From: an uncultured Nitrososphaerales archaeon
GTDB taxonomy: Archaea > Thermoproteota > Nitrososphaeria > Nitrososphaerales > Nitrososphaeraceae
Direction: 5' to 3'
Length of the DNA stretch: 64,000 bases
Assembly (NCBI GenBank): GCA_963713605.1
Contig: CAVQMO010000005.1
Coordinates: 224,001-288,000, forward strand
This document shows positions 22,501-34,557 of the stretch, piece by piece. Positions within the stretch are counted from its first letter, which is position 1. The number at the start of each line of letters is the position of its first letter. A program made the translations under genes and the position numbers. A model generated the notes under the pieces. The model did no database searches. It saw nothing but the letters and a program-made list of their open reading frames with translations, and was not told the origin of the DNA.

Positions 22501-23593
22501 ATGCAAGCAATAGCGATAATGCTTGCGTTGATCTTAGTGACAGGTTCGGCGTATAGCATGTTTATGTTAGGTGGTGAAGCAAAGGCACAACAACAACAAC
22601 CAAAACACGAAATAGGACAGCCAGACTATCTGAAGCAGTTTAACACCGGCATAACGAACAATTTGACGAACGGAACAACAGTCAGAAATTTCACACTGTT
22701 AACAGAAGAGACGCATCAAGTTCCCATTAGTACCAGGGAACAACTCGATGGACCAGATAGTTTTTCCTGGTTGGACGTATAACGGTACAATACCAGGACC
22801 CACGATGAGAATGACGGAAGGTGATCATGTTTTCATTACTGTGATTAACAGTCCAGAGTCAAAGCATTCCCACTCACTGCATATGCACTCACTACATTCA
22901 CCATCAATGGATGGTACATTTGGAGCATCAGGAGATATCCCACCAGGTGAAAGATTCACGTATCAGTTTGTGGCTGGGCCTGTAGGACTATACCCATATC
23001 ATTGCCATGTGGCTCCCATATTGGATCACATAAACCGTGGTTTATACGGTGCCATGATTATTGATCCCAAGGAGCCTAGACCAGCAGCTAATGAAATGAT
23101 GATGATGATGAATTCCTATGACTTGGATCTGAATGAAGATATGTCACCAACGTTTAGGGTGCCAACTGCTGCTGAGGCTAACCAAATTATGTATCCAGAT
23201 GAGGACTTGACACCAGAAGAGCAGGAAGAGGTAAGGCCTAAATTAGAAGTGGACAGGGGTAACGAGATTTACACGATTAATGGTAAGGCAAACCAGTACA
23301 TGAATGACCCCATAGAACTTGTGAAGGGAGAACCAGTTAGAATTTACCTATTGTCAATGACTGAGTTTGACCCAGTGAATTCATTCCACCTACATTCAGG
23401 GATGTTTAACTTCACAGCATCAGGAACAATGACCACACCTCCAACGCTGACAGACGTTGTAACACTAGCACAAGGAGATAGAGGAATTATAGAGTTTACG
23501 CCACAGCAAACAGGCCACATGATGATACATGCCCACGTTAATGAATTCACTGATTTAGGCTGGATGGGAGCGTTTGATGTAAAATCATCATAA
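22501..23593 (+). CDS. Secreted two-domain multicopper oxidase (frameshift near 22760)
   Basis: Signal peptide; WTYNGTIPGP, HSLHMH, YHCH...H...GL (T1 site in domain 1), NSFHLH, IHAHV (no Cys in domain 2). Confidence 0.88.
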
Positions 23594-23796
23594 TTAGCGC
23601 TGCCTTTTTTCAAATGGTCTCACAAGAAGGACATTCGAGAATGGGGAAATCCAAGCATCAAGAATGAGAAGTAGAAAAATTAAGGTCTCACGGTAAAACC
23701 GCTCAGAAATTGAGGTCCAAAAAAAGCGATTAAAGTCCCCACATTCGTTTTGTTGTATCAGCAGACTGATGTTACTCAAAAGCTAGACCAGTAACA

Positions 23797-23819
23797 AAGT
23801 ACAAGTTTTTTTTGTACTT
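23797..23819. terminator. Hairpin with T-run between convergent genes
   Basis: AAGTACAA-GTTTTTT-TTGTACTT. Confidence 0.35.
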
Positions 23820-23874
23820 GTATGCAAAGTATGCCAATAAGTTAACGACTTCCTCACGATTTTTTAGTGTGTTT

Positions 23875-24324
23875 TCAATCACTTAAACGGTTCTCAATCT
23901 CTATTTTAGATAATTCAGCCAAAGGAGCTACATACTCGTAGACAATTTGATCGCTCCTTGTTTTCCTAGTTATACCTCTTATTTCATTGACTTCTATCCG
24001 CGTTTTAATCCGCTGAAATCGCAACATAGCCTGACCAATCACAATTTTGAACCTCAAATTTCCAGATTGGAAATCCTCTTTTTCTAAGGTCCAGTGTTCA
24101 GATTCTTGAGTATTTTCGTCAATTTTTTGATTTTGATTCACAAAATGCGCCACCATTCTTTCGGATCTATCATCGTATTCGATCAAAAGTATCCTTTTAT
24201 CCCTATTAAATTCCAGAAGTATCCTGTCAGCCATGAAACTTTCGTCACCGGAGTACTGAATTTCTATCCTAGGGTTCGTTTGGGTCTCATCATTTTTGGT
24301 CATTATTGAATGGCTTCCAGCCAT
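23875..24324 (-). CDS. Hypothetical protein
   Basis: 149-aa ORF with ATG, upstream TTTTTAAT box and downstream terminator. Confidence 0.6.
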   Translation of the reverse strand: MAGSHSIMTKNDETQTNPRIEIQYSGDESFMADRILLEFNRDKRILLIEYDDRSERMVAHFVNQNQKIDENTQESEHWTLEKEDFQSGNLRFKIVIGQAMLRFQRIKTRIEVNEIRGITRKTRSDQIVYEYVAPLAELSKIEIENRLSD

Positions 24325-24639
24325 CTAAAGAATGATTGGCCTATTAAAAAAAGCTATTCAGGAAAGGCATTAAGTAAAGCTTGAGCATTCATCAACAAAT
24401 TCACAACCTCATGGCTATGTTAAGGACAAAGGGGGCTGAATAAAAGGAATGCTTCCAAAGTTTCGTTAATACATTGGCCTATTATGAGTTCGAAATGGGA
24501 CGAAAGTGCATGACAAAAATGGCTCTCATGAATTGGATAGGCCCCTTTCCCCCTCTTCTAGTCCAATTTGTTACTCTGAAAGTATTTATTCTTGTATATT
24601 AACGGATATCCTTAACTGAAAGTAAATCGAAAGGCCACC

Positions 24640-25266
24640 ATGGTACAAGACAAGCAAACACGAAGTAATGGCGAAATTTCATATAGTTTAAGCAACACGC
24701 AGGCAAAACGAAAAGCTCTCAAGGACATAATTGTTATTGGAGGGATAGTATTGTTGACATGGTACTTCACAGCTTATGTTCTTTCACCAATGATTCCTCC
24801 TTGGGCCATGACATACATAAGAATTGCAGAGATTTTGATTATAGGTTACTTCTTTGTGGAAATAGTAAGCAATTTGGTATTCCGGCTGACTTCCACTTAT
24901 TTTGGAGAGACTGCACATTCTATCAAAATTTTCATGAGAATTGCTATTGCAATCGTAATCGCTGCAATTATAATTTCATACCTTAGTAAAGACCCATTTG
25001 TAGCAGCTTCCATAACTACAATCACAGGGTTGGTGATAGGATTTGCCTCGCAATCGCTTATCGGAAACCTCATAGCTGGTTTGTATTTGGCCAGCACAAG
25101 ACCATTCAAAGTTGGAGACAACATAACGGTATTTGGAAACACTGGCCTGATTTATGAAATAGGCCTCCTATACAGCAGACTCTTGTCAGATACAGGCGAC
25201 ATAATCATTGCATCCAATAATTCACTCGTGTCGGCCACGATTAAAATTCACAAGAAAGAAATTTGA
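24640..25266 (+). CDS. mscS: Small-conductance mechanosensitive channel family protein
   Basis: GLVIGFASQSLIGNLIAGL...RPFKVGDNI, G.IYEIGLLYS. Confidence 0.88.
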   Translation: MVQDKQTRSNGEISYSLSNTQAKRKALKDIIVIGGIVLLTWYFTAYVLSPMIPPWAMTYIRIAEILIIGYFFVEIVSNLVFRLTSTYFGETAHSIKIFMRIAIAIVIAAIIISYLSKDPFVAASITTITGLVIGFASQSLIGNLIAGLYLASTRPFKVGDNITVFGNTGLIYEIGLLYSRLLSDTGDIIIASNNSLVSATIKIHKKEI

Positions 25267-25592
25267 ATGGTATATTCTCATTAATAGCCGGTGGGGAATT
25301 GAAATAGAATTTTGAGGAACTTCAAACTAGTAATAATAATAACTTACAGGTGGAACTCTAGATTTATTAAACGATATCGTGATCCAAGTGCAGTGACTAA
25401 CTTCATAAATTTATGATCAATGGTAACCAAAGCGCCAGTCCGATAGCGGTGGTAGTGAAACTTTCTTTTAGAACTATAGAAGAATCTTATATTAGCGAAG
25501 TCTGCGAGATAGTTCTCTTAACAGTGAGGTACTATGAAGTGGACCTGTATCTACTTCAATAAGGTAATGGACGAAAAGAGAATTCATAGAAT

Positions 25593-25964
25593 TCAATCTA
25601 CACAAATTCCTGGGACCGCTACTTTCTTGAATAGATGAGGAGATGCTACTGTGCTTGCTGGAAACGCAGACATTCTGTCATTTGGGTTCATGACATTATT
25701 AACTGCCCTTTTGAAGTGCGCGGCAGATTCCCAAACTGCGTAGTTAACAAAGGTGCCGCTCCCGCCAATACCCTTGTGTAACTGTGTCGAAATAAATCCT
25801 GGTTGTTGCTTAAATTTCTCATTATCGGCAGCATACCCCTTGAGAAACTGATCAAATTCTTCAGGGTCTACACTGAATTTATTTATCAATATAACTGGAC
25901 CAACGTCTTCTTCCATTTGTGTGAAGATTCCAACTCGTTCATCCATCTCAACTAACTTTGCCAT
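25593..25964 (-). CDS. Antibiotic biosynthesis monooxygenase (ABM) family protein
   Basis: PVILINKFSV...KQQPGFISTQLHKGIGGSGTFVNYAVWES. Confidence 0.88.
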   Translation of the reverse strand: MAKLVEMDERVGIFTQMEEDVGPVILINKFSVDPEEFDQFLKGYAADNEKFKQQPGFISTQLHKGIGGSGTFVNYAVWESAAHFKRAVNNVMNPNDRMSAFPASTVASPHLFKKVAVPGICVD

Positions 25965-26236
25965 GTCGAACCATGAATTGAAAACAAAATATTTCAACCT
26001 TTCATCTTCATTGATGCCAGACCGGCAACGGCATCAGAAATAATCAACAAATCTAGATGCTAATCCGATACATACACACATCCATCATTTTTTTGAAATT
26101 TAATAAACAGGCTATATATACGTATCTATCTAACAGATACACACTTTTATATAAGATAGTTCTACCATATATTGAACAGCAACCATGGGTTTCACGGTGA
26201 AGCACTGTGCCAATCTGTTTACACGGGTGTTACACA

Positions 26237-26515
26237 TTGACCGGCAATCCTAGATGGGCTTGTGTTATGTGTGTAATGTATTCCTCGTAAGTACAGCGTA
26301 AAGCGCCACATCAACAATTTGCATGATGGCTTAGCAAATATCGTCTCATTCATTGATTATATTGCTGGGAGACGGCAGGGAGTCTATTTCCTAACCCAAT
26401 TCCAAGCTACTTGATGAAACAAAGCCAGACTGCTGCTTCGACCACACGACCAGCAGATATTATGAAAGATGAAACTTTCAGAGCCGCTGTACGAAAGTGG
26501 TTAGGAAATTTGTAA
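26237..26515 (+). pseudogene. Frameshifted C2H2 zinc-finger gene (missed by ORF track)
   Basis: TTG 26237: TGNPRWACVMCVMYS/ then RKYSVKRHINNLHDGLANIVSFIDYIAGRRQGVY, giving C-x2-C-x12-H-x4-H after one shift. Confidence 0.6.
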
Positions 26516-27386
26516 TTAGGCCAATCTCTAAGGTATGCAAGTCTTATGACTATATTCGTGTAACTATAGTAGCATAATATCTATGTGACACAGATAACCA
26601 ATTCTGTATTCCAAGTATTTAATGTATAGTCACTTTGATTATTGGTTCGATAGTGCAAATGCGTACTTAGCGCTTGAGCAAAGTTTCAGGCTTAATCTAA
26701 TTTGCATGTCAGTATCTAAGTAAGTCCATCTGATCATTGATCTCGTACTATTAAAAATACAGTAGATGAGCATATTCAAATGAGGTTTTGGCTGCCATAT
26801 TCAGTACCGATCCAAATATTTTTGATTTACTTACTCGAAATGATGTAGACGTCTTCATCATATCAGGGAGCGCCTGAGAACCTAATTTATTCGGGGGAAA
26901 ATCTATCGAATTTCTGGCTTGACGCCACTAGGTAATATTTGATTCATTGATTGTCAGCTTAAAGCAATCTGCTTATTACAGAATAGAAGTGGTATTGTAT
27001 TAGTTCGTTAGTCGGTACCTGGAGATTATTCACAATCTTTTGAATTTGATTAGTATTAATACGAATATTCTGCAAGGTATAAAGCAAATAGACGCATGCA
27101 TTCGTATTGAACATGAAGGGAAGGCGGTATTACGGCTGTCATGATACTATAACAACACTGTAGTTCCATTCTTAATGCCTTCCCTTCATATTTTGCAAAA
27201 AGGAATATCGAGCAACTACTGGACTAGATTTGGTCCTTCATAATTCATCTATAAATTGTACTAGCAGTCAGTTCGATTCAATAATTTAACATAATGGTGA
27301 AGATTAAATGAACCCATTATTAGGTTCAGTACCAATGAATACATCCATATATATAATACAGATACTACAGATATTTCGATTTCGGA

Positions 27387-28266
27387 ATGGAACTAGAAAG
27401 GAAACGACGTATTCTATCCAAAGCAGGAAGCGGGCTAGCATTGCTAACTTTGTTGACTTTGAGTAGTATGACGATGGGCGTTATGTCGGTAGCAGCACAG
27501 CAACAACAGCAAGATGGAATGACTACAGGAGCCGATGCATCGTCATTCGCTTCACTGTCAGAGCAACAGGCGGTAGCTTCACAGACCCAAGCAGCATCAA
27601 CAAACGCAGCATGTGGACAAGTGGTAAGCGGAGTAGTAAATCTAACTGCAAATCTTAACTGCAGTGGAGATGGTATCATAGTAGGTGGTCCAAACACAGT
27701 AATTAACATGAATGGATTCTCAATCACAGGACCTGGACAGGACAGACTCTAAAGTTGGGATTATGGTACCAAATGTTGATAATGTAGTAGTAAATGGACC
27801 TGGTTCACTCAGCAACTTCCAAGCAGGAGTACTTCTTACTGGAGCAAATGGATTTACGATTAATTCTGTCATACTATCTAACAACCAGATAGGTACATTT
27901 ATGACAGGAGCTGAAAATGCACAAGTAAAACAAAACATCATACAGGGTAATAGTATAGGTGTAGCATCTCACTCAAGTACAGGTGGTGCTATAGACTCAA
28001 ACCTTATGAATGGCAACTTGCTAGCAGGAATAACATTTGTCAACACACAACAGTCCAGTGTAGGAATGAACAATGTAGTTGGAAGTCAGAATGGAGTATT
28101 TCTAGATGGACAGAGCAAACAGAATACAATATCAGCAAATAACGTACTTGAGAATGTAATTGACCTTAACAATGCAAACGGACTACCAACAAACATCAAC
28201 GCAAATCAATATGTGGACAACAGCTGTCAGACAAGTAATCCAAGTGGTCTGTGTATAGGAAGGTAG
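27387..28266 (+). CDS. Secreted right-handed beta-helix (NosD-like) protein (frameshift near 27745)
   Basis: Signal and poly-Q; ACGQVVSGVVNLTANLNC; Asn-rich parallel beta-helix repeats. Confidence 0.82.
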
Positions 28267-28767
28267 TAAAGTACAGGAGAATAAAGAACCTCCGCTTCAC
28301 TAATTTTTTATCAACCAGATAAGAGCTAATATTGAAAAGGGTAATGACGGAAGAGAATCTGGAGCCAATCCTCATTAGGTTGAAATAGTTTATTTAGAGC
28401 CAATGTGAAAATAATGTAAAGGAGAGCTGTGAGTTAAACTAGCCTTCTGTGTTTAGTTTGTTTAATTGTTCCGCTTGTTAGTTATCCAGACCTAATACTG
28501 ATGTCCAGAAACACTAGCTGATCCAATTACGTAATATGGATTCGGTTTTGCTACTGATATGATTTAACCGTCATTCCTATAACGGAAACAATTGACTGTT
28601 CACAAGAAACTCTCATCCAATAATGTAGTGAATAGTGATATGCTAGTATCATTAAAAGAGGGAGTACTACAAATAATGAGAGTTAAGTAACTATATAACC
28701 TTAGATAAACCATTAGCGGTATTAAATTTGATCGGCAGATGCATATCTTTTCCCAAAGCCGTAAACC

Positions 28768-30082
28768 CTAATTACACAAGATCTTAGGAGCCTCAACTAC
28801 GACGCCATATTTTTTATCAACAAGTCGGGCTAGCTTTTGAGGGAAGTTTTGTTTATACCGTGTATTCAAGCCATACATACTAGGTAATCCATTTAGCATC
28901 ATTTCGAAGCTGCCAACAATAATCAGTTTTTCCTTCGAACGAGAAATTGCTACGTTCAGATCTTGTAGTGAACCAAGCGCGCCGACCAATCTTTCTGGAT
29001 TATTTCTGACTAAGGAGAAAATTACGATATCTGCTTGTGTTCCCAATGCACCCGTCGTTGTCAAGACTCTGGTCTCAATGTCTAGATGCTGAAGATATTT
29101 TGATATCGTACGCCTTTGTTCTGTATATCTTGTTACTAATGAAATCGACTTTGAGGGAGCTACCCTTTTAAGTTCACAACAGAGCCGAACACAGGCTTTT
29201 GCTTCTACTTCATTATACCATGAACTGGGACCTCCCATTTGTTCGTTGCCATTCAGATTTACCCAGGTAGTAACTTCCTCTGGATTAAGAATCTGCTTAA
29301 AGTTCTCATCAATAGGATACTTCGCTCCAAACCTCCGACTTGCAATTTCAGGAGCCGAATTTAACCCACCATAATCAGCAAACTCATCAACCAACATTGC
29401 CAGCCTATCCGGTAGCCGATGGGTAGTAAAGAGTGTGTCATACTTGGCACACTTAAGTACCCATTCCATAGCACTAAGATCATAATCCGCTAACCCTATA
29501 GGTCTTGATTGCTTAGGATCACCCACAACCGTAGCTACGATTCCACACTTTGATGCAAGTTCGATTATATTATTGGTTTCATAGGAAATGTTCCCTTTCA
29601 TCAGATGAATACCTAACTGATTGATTCCGAGAGCAAAAGGTGACAAAAGATGCTCCAGCCTTTCAATACCAGCTTCATCAATAATCATATTATCAAATTT
29701 TATCGAAGCGGATAACCGTTTGAGAGATTGTGTAGTGCAGATCACGATTTTCTTCAGCTCTGACGAATTCAATATTATTGCTAAAAGGTATAGGGAGTCT
29801 AGGATCAGCTCCAGGCGCGTAGCCGCATCTAACACATAGGAATTTTGATCCTTCAGGGCCTAAAACCATACTCAACTCTCTAGTAAACTCGTTGGCAGCC
29901 GAATTGGTAAAGGCTACTAAGAGCACATTTTTAGCATATCCTTCGCAGATCATCTTGACTGCAAGAAAACTACCCGTAGTTGTTTTTCCACATCCTGCCG
30001 GTCCGATCACACCAGCCACCCCTCCTGATTTGACCCGCCAGTTCAATATTCTAGATTGATCTGGATTGAGTTTTATCGTCAT
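28768..30082 (-). CDS. SF1B (Upf1/Dna2-like) helicase (frameshift near 29760-29790)
   Basis: LNPDQ (Q motif), GPAGCGKTT, AFTNSAA, IIDEAG, VGDPKQ, YNEVEA, TRYTEQ, LNVAISRSK. Confidence 0.88.
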
Positions 30083-31440
30083 ACTAAAAGCTCAGCTGGA
30101 ATAAACATATCAGCAGCTAATTTGTGAAACTGATGGATAGGTCGTAGCATACTTCGAGTAAGATTAAGCTCATCCCTAAGTAAGATGATCGGTAAATGAA
30201 AGAGTTGTCTCTTAGCCCTTCGTACAGCAATCTTAGATCTAAAGCTAAGAGTAATTTTATTATTTCTGACGTCCATTACACTAGCCTGTTCACTGATACA
30301 AGAGAGAATTGACTTGCCTGGTTCCATACCTATTATCCTTACAATCCTACGTGGCTCAAGCGGAATGTTATCGTCAGCTCTGGAAAATATAACTTTTTCA
30401 TCAATATCAAAATCATAAGAGTATCCCCGGCAGAGTATGCCGATTTTTTCCAGCCTACGCAGGGCTTCTCCCTCTCCATGTTTGCTTATCAGCGCAGAAA
30501 CCACATGTTTGTGTAAGTGGGTTTCTGCTCTCTCCTTCAGGATGGCGTAGCGTTTAGCAAAAAATTGCTTTGTCATCTTTTCATACTGAGCTGGTAATTT
30601 GCCTTCGTACGCTAGTCTAGCATCACGCTGGTAGAAAACACATTCTTTGCTTCCCTCTAAGCCTTTATCGCAGATGGGACAGAATTTTGGTCTCTGAACG
30701 CGAACCCTTTCCCCACAAAGGACCATGTGAGCAAATTGTCTATTAGTCTTAATTCTATCTACCTCCTTTCTGGTTGTTTCTGTCTTAGGGAAGTACACTC
30801 CACCGTTGTGTACTATGCATGAAAAATTGTGTCCCGTCCAATCATCTTCGTTGCGTCGGTATCTAAAATTTGCAAGCAGAGTGTTGGCAATGAGTTGCCA
30901 TTTCTCTCGGCCACTAATGGCATTGCTAAGATTGTAACTCTTCCAGTCTAGCAAACCATATCCACTAGGATACTCTAAAAGTGCGTCGATCCTACCTTCG
31001 TGATGGTCCTTGATATTTGTAATTGTAACTTCGGTTAGGACTCTTGACGGTCTTTCATGCTTCTTCATCAATCTCCTGGTCATTCCCATGATAAGACCAT
31101 TATAGATATCTTTGACTTGGAGTTCAAAATCGTCTTGGACAAATCTATTTTCTCGGTACACGCCGTCTAAGGTATCTTTAATTATAGTGTTTATTATTTC
31201 GGAAGATTCATTTACTATTCTTTTGGCAATTTGTTCATAATTCTCTAATCCTCTATGCCAATTTTCAAGAATTGGGCCGCTCATGCACAAGCTCATTATG
31301 TCATGAACAGAATTGGCGACCAAGTAGTCCTTATCACTTCTAGTTGCTCCGAATGGGTAATCAAGTTTGAAAAGATTTTGGCAGACACATGCTGTGGCAA
31401 TTTCTGAGGACTGTACGAGATGGGTCTGGGATTTTCGCAA
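30079..31440 (-). CDS. PD-(D/E)XK nuclease with Cas4/AddB/Dna2-type Fe-S cluster and C-terminal beta-barrel
   Basis: N-terminal Cys, E...GRIDALL...LLDWKS, Q motif (WQLIAN), CPIC-x9-C. Confidence 0.8.
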   Translation of the reverse strand: MRKSQTHLVQSSEIATACVCQNLFKLDYPFGATRSDKDYLVANSVHDIMSLCMSGPILENWHRGLENYEQIAKRIVNESSEIINTIIKDTLDGVYRENRFVQDDFELQVKDIYNGLIMGMTRRLMKKHERPSRVLTEVTITNIKDHHEGRIDALLEYPSGYGLLDWKSYNLSNAISGREKWQLIANTLLANFRYRRNEDDWTGHNFSCIVHNGGVYFPKTETTRKEVDRIKTNRQFAHMVLCGERVRVQRPKFCPICDKGLEGSKECVFYQRDARLAYEGKLPAQYEKMTKQFFAKRYAILKERAETHLHKHVVSALISKHGEGEALRRLEKIGILCRGYSYDFDIDEKVIFSRADDNIPLEPRRIVRIIGMEPGKSILSCISEQASVMDVRNNKITLSFRSKIAVRRAKRQLFHLPIILLRDELNLTRSMLRPIHQFHKLAADMFIPAELLV

Positions 31441-32067
31441 ATAGTCATATGTTTTTCTGACATCAATAATATCACTATTCGAGTTTATATTTTCCCCCTC
31501 CCCTCTAAATTCATTAATTTTGCAGACGGTCGGTGCTTGCGTATGCCAGGAGACGATCGTCCATCTATAGATGCATCAGATGTCAATATTTAAGCTGAAG
31601 ATACCGTGATCGGGAGGGGGAGAGGGGTATGCTCTTGAGTAGATTAAACAAAGTAGACATTAAGAGGAATCAATTCAGCGCATTTGCTCATACGCAGTGC
31701 AGGCAAAGGAACTGTCATAAAGTAAACTAGGAGCTTCTATTGAATTGTCCTCGAATTCGATATGAGCAATAGATTCAGATAATATTACTACTGTATATGA
31801 TGCAATGCTCTGAAAACTAATTGTAAATATACATGATGAAGCTAAAGGTTTTTGAAGCGATGGAAATAAAATTGGAATTAACATCTAACTCTAAAGATAT
31901 TACTGAAATCTTTGATGTCTCTCTGTAGGTAAAGCAACGGAATTAGGACTCGAAATGAAGGAGTCTGAAATACGATATAGAGGCAATAGTGAAATTAATG
32001 AGCCAACCCACATCTATCTCAAATAAGAGATCCTGAGTAAATGAAGTTTAGAAGAGATGCCCAATAT

Positions 32068-33024
32068 CTAAATAGATCCTGTTTGGTCATGATATCCTTC
32101 TATCTGGATGGTCGCATGGGCTATTCTAAAATTCTTCTCAAGTAATGAATTTATTTCTTGAAGTACTTCCAAGGACTTACTTGGATCTATCACTACCACA
32201 TGAGCGGATAATGCATTCAGACCTGAGGTAATAGTCCAGATGTGCAACTCAAAGATACCAGTTACACCCTTAATCTTAAGGATTGCATTCTTGACTTCTT
32301 CGTGTGATACGTTGGCAGGAACACCTTCCATGAGAATATGAAGCGATTTGTTAAGTAGCCTCCAAGTCCTGGGAAAGATGAACAAAGCAAGCACGATGCT
32401 TACGATGGGATCAGCCAAATAAAAGCCGGTTAAGTATATGACAATGCCCGCAATAATTATACCAACTGATCCGAGCGTATCGCTAAGGACCTCAAGATAT
32501 GCTCCCTGCATATTTAAGTCGGCATCTTTTTCGTTTCCAGAATGATCCCGATCTCCCAATGTATGCTCATCTCTTTTGACTGAATTGAGAGGGATATTGT
32601 GTGAGTGACTCTTGAGAAGCACTATTCCTACGACATTCACGACAAGTCCGATGCCCCCTACTATTAGCATCGGAAGAACATCGATATGGCGAGGTTCTAT
32701 AATGCGCCAATACGCTTCATAGAGAATATAAAGAGAAATCAATATCAATATGACGCCATTGGCTAGCGCGGCAAGTATCTCCAATCTGTAAAATCCGAAT
32801 GTTCTTTGGGGGGTGGGAGGCTTGCGGGTGTAAGAAATTGCAAAGAGAGCCAGTGCCAGCCCCCCGACATCTGCTACCATATGACCGGCATCAGCAAGTA
32901 ACGCTAAGCTACCTGCTAATATTCCAGAAACCACCTCCACGGCCAGAAATCCAGCAACTAGATAGAATACAATCCTGAGTTTCCTTATGCGTTGCTTTGT
33001 TATTTCATCTCTAGTTATAGACAA
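32068..33024 (-). CDS. czcD: Cation diffusion facilitator (Zn/Co/Cd) exporter
   Basis: SLALLADAGHMVAD, TFGFYRLEILAA, LEVLSD, LHIWTITSG, HATIQIE. Confidence 0.92.
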   Translation of the reverse strand: MSITRDEITKQRIRKLRIVFYLVAGFLAVEVVSGILAGSLALLADAGHMVADVGGLALALFAISYTRKPPTPQRTFGFYRLEILAALANGVILILISLYILYEAYWRIIEPRHIDVLPMLIVGGIGLVVNVVGIVLLKSHSHNIPLNSVKRDEHTLGDRDHSGNEKDADLNMQGAYLEVLSDTLGSVGIIIAGIVIYLTGFYLADPIVSIVLALFIFPRTWRLLNKSLHILMEGVPANVSHEEVKNAILKIKGVTGIFELHIWTITSGLNALSAHVVVIDPSKSLEVLQEINSLLEKNFRIAHATIQIEGYHDQTGSI

Positions 33025-33430
33025 TTATTCTTGCTTCAGTCAGCTTACAGTCTATTGTCGCCTATTATATTGATATTCTCTGTATGTATGTATTGTAAGT
33101 CTTCAAAAATTCGAACGTCAATAAAGCAATAGTTTTGGAGGCATGGGAGGAACAGGAGATTGGAGCTGTTTTTAGTATATCGGTTACAAGTCCATACGAA
33201 TGTTAGATAATTGAGAAAGCATAATGAATAGCCTTGGACCAATTTACTAATATACGGTAACGGGTATATTCATGGTGAGGCACCTATTCGAAGCCCGTTT
33301 CTCTTCTTATCCTTTGGTCTCCATTAACGTGAGTTAAAACCAGCCACTGAAAATGTTTTCATTTTAACATTGGTCACGGATTAGACAGTCATCGCGGCCG
33401 CTCGCAAAGTTGATAACTTAAATACTACTT

Positions 33431-33895
33431 GTGGCATTTAGAAGATCATCATTGAAAAATAATAATAATCTCAGCCTAGTTGGGGTACTGGCGGCGGTAT
33501 TCCTTTTCGCGACAACCGCTGTGCCGCAAGGGGTCTGGATCTCTTCTGATCCTGTAAACGCCCAAATGGATAGCGGTAACCAGACAGCGGTTATAGACCA
33601 GTTAGTCTCAAACTTAAGTCAGGCAAAGGAAGCAGTCGGAAATGGAAACTCTACGGCGGTAACTATGCAATTGACCGCTATAATAGGAGAGCTTTCGGAT
33701 ATACTTGGCAAAGTGACAACTGATGAAAACGGCGAGAACTTGGATGAACATACGCACGTGTTCGTGCACAAAGGACATACGCATACTGTAACACATAATC
33801 ATCCTCATCATGCTGACCATCATCACCACGACGACTGGACTGATCGGCATCACATATTCAACCCGAGAGATTGCAAACCAGGATTTATGTGTTAA
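33431..33895 (+). CDS. Secreted His-rich putative metal-binding protein
   Basis: Signal ending VNAQ, helical segment, C-terminal HTHVFVHKGHTHTVTHNHPHHADHHHH...CKPGFMC. Confidence 0.75.
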   Translation: MAFRRSSLKNNNNLSLVGVLAAVFLFATTAVPQGVWISSDPVNAQMDSGNQTAVIDQLVSNLSQAKEAVGNGNSTAVTMQLTAIIGELSDILGKVTTDENGENLDEHTHVFVHKGHTHTVTHNHPHHADHHHHDDWTDRHHIFNPRDCKPGFMC

Positions 33896-34557
33896 TCACC
33901 CCTACTTTCTTTATTTAATACTAAAGTTCTAAAACATAGTAAGCATTTAGTTCAAATCGTGGTTCAATTAAATCTAGGTCATATTTCTCAACGTTAAGCC
34001 AAGGACCTAATTCAGCTTTCACTCGCTTTGCTTACTCGAGCTGTTTGCTATCCAATAGTAATGGCTGCTTTGGAATCAAAAGTCATTTCTCCATCCCCAA
34101 TTAGAGTAGCTTCATAATCTCAGCTCCCAAAAGCGAACGGACTTCGAACAAGTTAATATGAAACATGATGTGATCTGAATAGGAGATACAACTTTTATTA
34201 GGTGTGATACAGCTGATTTTTAACCCTGTCAAAGCACGTAACCTTTCTCAGGCTATTATTGTAGATTTCTCGATCATCGGGATCATGACGTGTTCCATGT
34301 GTTTTCATAAATCTTAATCATTAGAATGATGATATAATGGTATAATTGATAACAGAAAGAAAAAGAGGGGATACTAAAAGTCATTATGACGACCAAACAG
34401 TAGAAAATCTAAAGAATCACTATGTGGTGAAAGAAAATCAAACAAAATATTTAGAGTCGTGAAGGTGCAAATTTAGTTGTAAACTAAATTGTAGAGGTTA
34501 ATAATAGTGGTGATAGCCACAATTTCAATGATAACCAAATTCAAGTTATCCACATTG

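Noticed and set aside
22501..23593. nirK gene symbol
   Set aside because: HxH pairs in both domains and an axial Leu fit a two-domain MCO; not enough to call NirK
30079..31440. cas4 of a CRISPR-Cas system
   Set aside because: 453 aa with extra domains, coupled to an SF1B helicase; no cas1/cas2 or array in the window
31493..31628. C-rich/G-rich inverted repeat upstream of the nuclease as MITE ends
   Set aside because: Only about 10 bp of low-complexity match, no target-site duplication, single copy
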